From positions 1,721,962-1,785,961 of the forward strand of contig NW_004797279.1 of NCBI RefSeq assembly GCF_000002075.1: a stretch of DNA of 64,000 bases. Direction: 5' to 3'. Source of the DNA: Aplysia californica (Eukaryota). The number at the start of each line of letters is the position of its first letter. Position 1 is the stretch's first letter. The translations under genes and the position numbers were made by a program. Below are positions 58,201-64,000 of this stretch, piece by piece. The notes beneath the pieces are model-generated. The model was not told the DNA's origin and made no database searches. It worked only from the letters and a program-made list of their open reading frames with translations.

Positions 58201-61200
58201 TAGAACGCGAGGGCGAGAATAGAATAAGAAGTGTAGCTTTCCACGACTCAGAAACGAAAGCTTTCATCAGTGCAGCAATGAACTATCATGATGGAGGACA
58301 GACAGGGATATCCACCCAATACATTTACAAGGTGACCAGACCATACTTAGCCCTGTTCAGTTTGTTTTGTATTGTTTTATCACCTCCGAGACACAGACAG
58401 GTTATTTCAAAGTGAGAGCGCTAAGAAAGACAGCAAAGATGGTACACTACACTGTAATGAATATCACACATATATATGCACTTGAACATATATGATTATG
58501 TGAGCCTGACTTGCGTAAGAAAGTAGCATCTTCTGCTCATGTATAGTAGGTTTTTTCATTACCTACCAATCTTACAGAATGATGTCCGAATTTTCAACAT
58601 ACACATTAACATTGAGAGGACCATCAGTGATAGATGGTAAGGACTATTAATGTTTTACGCACCCTTCCACACAACTAAACCATCTAGGAGGAGGGCTGCT
58701 TAGACCTTATCTGTGAATGATTCTACATAACAACATAAAGGCAGAGGTACTTGATAAAACATCGTACCCATGCCACCATCGAAGTCATATCTTTTGCATG
58801 CAAAATGAAAAGCCTAAACATAACACCACAGACGCTAGTCAAGAAAAGTTTGTCAAAAAGTAAGACAACGCAATGTAAATAACATATGAGCAGACCCAAG
58901 ACTATTTGTCTGTTTATATTTTTTTTGTTCCACATACGCAGAAGCACATCGATTTGAACATGGATATTGAGCTCTGAGGAAAAGCAAGACAGAATGAAAC
59001 GACAGGAAGGTAGAAAATATGTAAGTCCCACAAGTCTGAACTTTCAACCACTCACTCTATTTCCTTTGCTAGACAATCCATATGGGTAATAAACAAGCAC
59101 ACAACACAACACCTGTTACACGGTAGAACAAAAGGCAGCAAAAGTAGTTGTAGAAGGGAAAGAAGTAGGAACAACCAACTGATCCTCAAAGCACCAACTC
59201 ACTGAGTGAACAGAACAAAAATGGAATAAGTCCCCTGTTATGAGACAATTACCAAGATTTTCCACATTATCTCTGTAAGATTTTTTTCCGTAAACTCAAA
59301 TAGAGTAACTTCTCTGTCCAACTCAGTCCAACAAAGTGAAATAAATTATTTAAACCTGAAACAATACAACGCTTAACTGCACATTGATCAACATTTAACG
59401 TGCCATGGCTTTGCAGTTGAAGCAGCATATTAAGAAAGAACATACTGCAAAAGAAAGGTGATGCACTTTTGATGAAGCCATGATTTTGACTTCATCCAAA
59501 TAATTACAACTGGCCTCAACAAACTCAGCAACTCAAATGGCTTTCTTCTTTTTTTCAAAGTGAATGTAGTAGGGCAAGGCCTCCACAAAATCTACAAAAA
59601 CTCCCTTGCTGACAAATTGAAAAACTTCCCGACCATAATATCAGTTACATTAACAAATTAGAATTGCTGTTTTAACATTATTGAACAAGCATTAATGTGG
59701 AGTCTGAAGTCTTATACATTAACATTTGATTATGATATTTAAGCACAGTTTACAGATTAATGCTTTGTTTAATTAAGACATTCAAACTAAGCACATATGG
59801 CATAATCAATTTCTTTAACATCTGACGGCAAAGGCAAACGGCAAAGCCAAAAACAGTTACCCTCAATACCTTTGTTTCAGCTTGATTGGTCAAAATGGCA
59901 TTGCTTTAAAAAAAAAAAGCACTGAGAGCAAAAAACATTAGCTAGAGCGCATACTCAGAATCCTTCAAATTCTGAGATTGGTCAAGTGATAAATAAATAT
60001 ATACAAACAATTTGAAACAAATATTTGAGGCAAAAGCATACTGCAATGTTAAAGCAATTTTAAGCCAGATTGTCAATCATGTAAAACTCTTACATTGCTT
60101 GTTCACCTGGAAAGTGTGACTGAGGGTAAATTAAAAGGATCTGTTATATAATGAAAAGGGCAACAAAAAACAAAACATGTACCTGTCATCACAGCCGCCT
60201 GCTGCATTGCGCCAGCAGACACAATCTTCAACACCCGAGCAACTGAGCCGATCTGCTTACAGGCATCAGTCAGGAGATCCTGTATCTATAAGTATAATGT
60301 AAACAAAGAGTCAGATCTCTGAAAATGTGTGCGTGTGCGTGTTGATTTGCATTGATTTGATGCTTTTCTATACACAAATATATATCTCATTTAAAAGTTA
60401 AAGCAATGGATGTGAAAGAGTAAAAAATTAAAAAAAGAAGAAATGACAAACTTCCTGTTTCTAAATGAAAACGTTTTCCCTTCCTGAAAGAATCAAAAGA
60501 AGTTGGTTTCATTTGAAGCTTCAAATTTGGTACATTCTGACAAGGTAGAAAAGGGCTTGACCCTTGAATCTTTCACAATGAATGTTAATGTAGAAATCAA
60601 AAGGTACTTTTGTGATAAAGTGAACCAAGGCAATAATAAAAATCATCATTCTCATTCTGACATTCAACTTGTACTATGAAGAGTCAGATGGGGCAGTCAA
60701 CTATCAAAAGATGGGGTAGTCAACTATCAAAGTGACATGACAGTAATGACATTTACTGAGACTGACACCTCCAGCACAAATAGCAATCATCATACTAGGC
60801 CTAGACCTTTGTCACATGGCAATGATCAAGTTCAACACAATTTGATACTTCAATTCTTAATGATTATAGTGGATGTGAGTTAACTGAGATAAAGCCATAG
60901 CCAGAGAAGGCCATGTGCATTAAAATCTCACTTACATTATGAATGAGAAAAGCAACAATTTGACCGAGTCATATCTTGGCAAACTGAGATCATAAATGAG
61001 AGTTTTATTTGCAACATGTTTTCATCTGGAAAGACGGGTTTAAAGTGAACTGGACTGTGGGATGTTCAGAGTAGATGGATTACTGTACAAAATTTTTACA
61101 TTGGAAATGCCAAGCAGGTTAAAGATGCGTCAGACATCCATATGTTAAAAACATAAATAGTGAAAATATACGGCCCAACAGCAAAAGACTCTGCTTAAGG

Positions 61201-63278
61201 AACAAGTAAGACAACTGCAAAAGCATTCACTTTTCTCACCTCTTTGCCATACTTGAGAGGCGTGGCAACGGCAGATCCCTCTTGTGGTAGTCTTCTCTTG
61301 ATCTGATAGATGTTGACCAAGTAAAAATATAACCATCCAAACACACATCACTATGCCGTTTTCATTGACAGTGATCAACTTTATTGACCCCACAATCAGA
61401 AATTTGTTCTAGTTGAGATTAACAGTACTTATATAACTAGTAAATGGACCTACTCTCTCTCTCTCCCTCCCTTACCTTTACAGCTCTCTTAATTCTCCAT
61501 GAACTCATTCACTGACTTGAGAATGTAGATACGCTTCGCACAACAGCAATTAAACACAAATTCCGTACAGCAAAAATCTTATGTTTATGTGTCCTGATAT
61601 AGTGGAATCATACTGATCAACTTAAAAAAAAAAGTAAATTTGGAGTTTCATGGACACTACAGCTTTGGAAATCACCAAACTGGCCGCCATTTTCTCATCA
61701 ATATTACATCTGACACCACGCGACCCCCCATTTCCTTCAATAAAAAATATCTCAACTTCTATTCACAACAGATGGTTATTTTTTCCATCAAACGCAAGGC
61801 AAAAGGACAGGCTTTTAGATGATACCAATAACTTCATCAGCCCAAAAACAGCTTAGTGACACATACATTTCAATGTGGAAGAATTAGACTTTGTAAAGTA
61901 GTTTACTTTGAACAAGTCATTGTAATGGTGATGTTTTAAAACGTAAATAGAAGCAGATGAGGCTGACCACACCAATCCACCTACCAAAAACCCACTCAGT
62001 AGATTGAATTTTATGTCTTCTCCAAAGGAGGTCCTCTTTATATTAGCCAAAATGACGACAAATTCGTCTTCTTTGGCTATTTTCAGAGACCAGTTTAACT
62101 GGAACTCATTACAATTTGTGTTGGAGAGAATTTAAACACTTAACATTTTGGTGCAACAGCAGTAACAAATGCTTCGGGGCTAACCTATGTGGCACACACA
62201 GCAAAACATTTAAAACACACATTAACAAATATCCACAGAGCACAGAAGGCTCCACAGATAGCCTACCTTTCTGGCACAAGTACGTGTGTCATTGTTGCAG
62301 GTCTCCAGATCCTTGAGGAGGATTGAGAACTCGCTCTGCTCCTGGCCAGGCTGGGGAAACAAGTCACAGGCTTAACAAAGGTACATAGCAAGCAATCTCT
62401 CTATAGCAAGAGATTTCTCTATAGCAAAGAAAGGATCTCTCTACATTAAGGAACTTTTCTACATCAAGCAATCTTTCTACATCAAGGAAACCTTCATCTA
62501 ATGCAATTATTAAAAGCAGCCATTTCACGAACATATCAAGGGTGTGGATACAATAAGACCAAGCCTGACCCCCTTACCCATCCCCATATACATTTTTAAA
62601 AAAAAGAATTAATATTAGACATACAGTTTAACAAAGTAAATCAAAGACAAACTGCTTTCTTTTCTAAACACATTGCCATCTGTCTTTGAGAATGTAGAGA
62701 GTCAAGAAGATGGAAACAATACATCAGCAACTAAGTATAAAACTCCATAGTGTTACTGTAGAGAATTCAGGCAGGTTATAGACAAGAGAAGAACATTTTA
62801 ACACTTTGCAGTCACACAGCCAGCAGTACAAAATACCCCATCTGGACACCCAGACAGGAGAGAGACTGAACAGACTTCTCGGGCTTCTGCGTCAGGTGAC
62901 CAGAATGGATAATTTTCATCAGCGCATTATTGCGCCAAGAGACCGCAAAGTGTTAAAAAGTTGCTGCTTTGATATGGGCAGATAAAGATTGTTAAAACAG
63001 CCAATGGAGAAAACTGAAAAAGTCACCCACTCTCCTTTTATCTTTGGAAACAATAGCATTAGCCACAAAGGAGGATCTAGGAAGTGACATCTCATTCAGA
63101 CATTTAGAAATACGTAAAGGAATCTGTCGAAAGCAACTTTACTCACCAACAGCAAAACCTTGAGACGGCTGGTCTCGGTCGATATCGCATCACAGGCAGA
63201 GAGAACAACTTTGACATCATCCCCCATCATGTAGGTGCAGTCGACCTTCTCATGGGACAGGTGAACTGAGTACAATTG
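33862..63278 (-). CDS. DCTN1: Dynactin subunit 1 (p150Glued), 5'-partial, last 16 coding exons (557 aa): complement join 63278..63147, 62350..62267, 61302..61240, 60285..60183, 52181..52082, 50979..50886, 49146..49018, 47821..47679, 43613..43471, 42678..42608, 41360..41289, 40952..40797, 40079..40022, 38994..38903, 38512..38417, 33999..33862
   Basis: Spliced translation is colinear with the C-terminal half of p150Glued: [101 protein letters not shown]. All introns GT-AG with matching phases; upstream exons lie beyond the window end. Confidence 0.96.
34496..35301 (-). mobile_element. MITE family C copy 2
   Basis: Reverse complement of 8444-9272 (the same spurious MSRETQ.. ORF appears in both), TA flanks. 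Confidence 0.92.
35581..36588. mobile_element. Non-autonomous Kolobok-like element B copy 1
   Basis: TTAA|AGTAGGTA ... TACCTAG(T)|TAA termini; colinear with 43838-46583; superfamily inferred from TTAA flank plus AG terminus. Confidence 0.75.
37124..37474 (-). mobile_element. tRNA-derived SINE family 1, full length (CORE-like middle, L2-like tail)
   Basis: A box TGGCCTAGTGG, B-box-like GCTCGAGCC, TGTGTCCTTGGGAAAGGCACTTTAC...AAATGGGTACC middle, GCGCTATACAAAT..(TAT)n tail. Confidence 0.88.
37560..38213 (-). mobile_element. One end of a piggyBac-like element with a remnant acidic N-terminal coding stretch
   Basis: On -, TTAA|CCTTTTGCCACTCGG terminus; subterminal repeat CGGCGCACATCGGC x2; acidic NYDSDVDGEIVAGGDDLEDSDEK remnant at ~37650-37730; partner TIR not found. 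Confidence 0.5.
38417..38512 (-). CDS. DCTN1: DCTN1 exon ([32 protein letters not shown])
   Basis: tgtcAG / GTGAGT, phase 0-0, TDF.TFP motif. Confidence 0.92.
38903..38994 (-). CDS. DCTN1: DCTN1 exon (AAPPVTDKAGPMKQLIGRTSQLTSLEKQTQE)
   Basis: ctgcAG / GTGAGG, phase 1-0. Confidence 0.9.
40022..40079 (-). CDS. DCTN1: DCTN1 exon (EANNLSACPRVVDITSRKP)
   Basis: ccacAG / GTAAAA, phase 0-1, VVDIT motif. Confidence 0.91.
40797..40952 (-). CDS. DCTN1: DCTN1 exon (RQVASLRPLAIPKKPTGL...KKTKDLLQ)
   Basis: ctgcAG / GTCAGA, phase 0-0. Confidence 0.9.
41289..41360 (-). CDS. DCTN1: DCTN1 exon (VASLCDALQYNKQEVIHLKAERMK)
   Basis: ccccAG / GTAAGT, phase 0-0. Confidence 0.9.
42608..42678 (-). CDS. DCTN1: DCTN1 exon ([24 protein letters not shown])
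   Basis: ctccAG / GTAATG, phase 1-0, SPLL.QQ motif. Confidence 0.9.
43471..43613 (-). CDS. DCTN1: DCTN1 exon ([28 protein letters not shown]...QSSGQG)
   Basis: ttacAG / GTATGC, phase 2-1, strongly conserved p150 motif. Confidence 0.95.
44733..45410. mobile_element. piggyBac-like MITE nested in B2
   Basis: TIR CACATTACACCC / GGGTGTAATGTG with TTAA on both sides; B1 has a single TTAA at the homologous site. Confidence 0.88.
45507..46524. mobile_element. MITE family A copy 2, inserted in Kolobok-like element B2
   Basis: TIR CAGTAGTCTCCGCCTAAA(C/T)GCAC, TA flanks, subterminal AAACGCACGC repeats. Confidence 0.92.
47679..47821 (-). CDS. DCTN1: DCTN1 exon (QDEMSEQQIRVGLVEKKLENK...QLKKKE)
   Basis: atacAG / GTAAGT, phase 0-2. 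Confidence 0.94.
48097..48954. mobile_element. Two adjacent MITEs: a small TA-flanked element (48097-48269) and a hAT-like element (~48281-48954)
   Basis: TAGTCGAAC / GTTTGACTG|TA ends; GCTGGGCGG / CCGCCCAGCACTA ends with GTACC-type subterminal repeats. Confidence 0.55.
49018..49146 (-). CDS. DCTN1: DCTN1 exon (KQAPVKQRAAAVKAQSADIEVVKSKVDLKEEEVKELKKQLKLK)
   Basis: ggtcAG / GTAAGA, phase 0-0, start of second coiled coil. Confidence 0.93.
50386..50470 (+). pseudogene. tRNA-like remnant or SINE head
   Basis: CAGCTCAATGG A-box-like, GTTCGATCCCC B box, followed by T7; stems do not pair. Confidence 0.5.
50886..50979 (-). CDS. DCTN1: DCTN1 exon ([32 protein letters not shown])
   Basis: tcacAG / GTTGGA, phase 2-0, TMNKLA..M..GEYD motif. 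Confidence 0.93.
52082..52181 (-). CDS. DCTN1: DCTN1 exon (DREGLLPQKMEEMAHQAASEVYSKENTGAYESL)
   Basis: ctgcAG / GTAACG, phase 1-2. Confidence 0.92.
54620..54790 (-). mobile_element. Decayed tRNA-derived SINE head
   Basis: On -, GTTCGATTCCC B box preceded by a degenerate A box; no intact cloverleaf. Confidence 0.5.
57907..57939 (-). CDS. DCTN1: Candidate 33-nt DCTN1 cassette microexon ((R/G)GKLYELEQLL), phase 1-1
   Basis: Acceptor ctctgtttgttcccaccaAG, donor AG|GTAAAA, frame-preserving with no stop. Confidence 0.45.
   Translation of the reverse strand: MVNCTSWSNC
58938..58973 (-). CDS. DCTN1: Candidate 36-nt DCTN1 cassette microexon (ELNIHVQIDVLL), phase 1-1
   Basis: Acceptor ttcattctgtcttgcttttcctcAG, donor GTATGT, frame-preserving with no stop. 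Confidence 0.5.
60183..60285 (-). CDS. DCTN1: DCTN1 exon (IQDLLTDACKQIGSVARVLKIVSAGAMQQAAVMT)
   Basis: ttatAG / GTACAT, phase 0-1. Confidence 0.9.
61240..61302 (-). CDS. DCTN1: DCTN1 exon (IKRRLPQEGSAVATPLKYGKE)
   Basis: tatcAG / GTGAGA, phase 0-0. Confidence 0.9.
62267..62350 (-). CDS. DCTN1: DCTN1 exon ([28 protein letters not shown])
   Basis: ccccAG / GTAGGC, phase 0-0. Confidence 0.93.
62387..62488. repeat. Degenerate ~18-bp minisatellite (~5-6 units, consensus close to AGCAAGCAATCTCTCTAT) just upstream of a DCTN1 acceptor
   Basis: Direct reading. Confidence 0.7.
62802..62952. mobile_element. Small piggyBac-like MITE (151 bp)
   Basis: TTAA|CACTTTGCAGTC ... GACCGCAAAGTG|TTAA. Confidence 0.75.
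63147..63278 (-). CDS. DCTN1: DCTN1 exon ([44 protein letters not shown])
   Basis: ggcAG acceptor, GTGAGT donor, homology to dynactin domain. Confidence 0.93.
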
Positions 63279-64000
63279 CTGCCAGGGGATGCAAAAAACA
63301 AAGATGTCACCAAAACTAACCCTCAAAACACAAATCCTCTCATGAAATCAATGAGAGAACATCACATCTTCCATTTCATTACATATTTATCATGTACCAT
63401 TGTAATGTCTTTTTTGTTTATGGACTTACCTTTCATCAAAGATAACATTGATTCTCTGTCTCTTTTACAATGGTTATTCATTTCTAACTTTGAACTTCCA
63501 TCTTGTCTATAAAAAAAGTTTGTTTTTCAGTATTTTGTGTACATTTATTATCTCCAACAACAGCTTAATACAGAGATGCAACTTGACTCAGTATTCCGAC
63601 TTCAGGATCTGAGGAAGATTTTGCTGTATGCGTCCATCATCTGTTGGTTCTCAAGTGTGTCCCATTTCTTTGAATATTTATGGCTGCTATTTAATGCAAC
63701 AAAAGGTAGCCTTGTGTCATTCTCATTTTCTGTTTAATGCAAAGATCCTTTTCAAATAACCTTTCTATCTCATTTGAGCACAGTATTTACACTCTAAACA
63801 TCTTTTTCAATGAATAATGCACATCCATGAAATATTTAGTTAAATCATAGCTGCCACTCAGGAATTTCAAAAAAGGAGGAAATTCACGCAAAAGTGTACA
63901 CGCGCTCTCCGAAGGCCGGAGTAAAAACTGAGATCCAGAGGCAATATATTCTGGAAAATCTAACCTACGGTTTTGGAAGAGAAAAACTGTCATATTTGAT

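Overview
Eukaryotic (animal) genomic DNA, AT-rich, intron- and transposon-dense, with two N-gaps (3420-3519, 11841-12026). The dynactin sequence and repeat types suggest a marine lophotrochozoan, probably a mollusc (inference). Two spliced genes face each other tail-to-tail. One is a complete 7-exon LYAR (cell growth-regulating nucleolar protein, 377 aa) on + at 13204-28341. The other is the 3' 16 coding exons (557 aa) of dynactin subunit 1 (DCTN1/p150Glued) on - at 63278-33862, with a long 3' UTR to about 30940. The rest is mostly mobile DNA: a decayed Tc1 element with perfect TIRs, a mariner remnant, two RNase H/CCHC-type LINE pieces, an RTE fragment, at least two tRNA-derived SINE families and many MITEs (pogo/Tc1-, Kolobok-, piggyBac-, hAT- and Harbinger-like), some nested. 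The most unusual signal is dense fields of TA-(GA..TC / GGCC / CATG)-TA palindromes. Filled-versus-empty comparisons between paralogous MITE copies suggest they are stacked transposon excision footprints rather than slippage microsatellites. Other points of interest are two frame-preserving candidate microexons in the 8-kb DCTN1 intron and a ~290-bp-arm fold-back with two inward-facing tRNA-like Pol III units in LYAR intron 2. No CRISPR, rRNA or convincing true tRNA gene. All alignments were done by eye and family names come from recalled motifs, not database searches.
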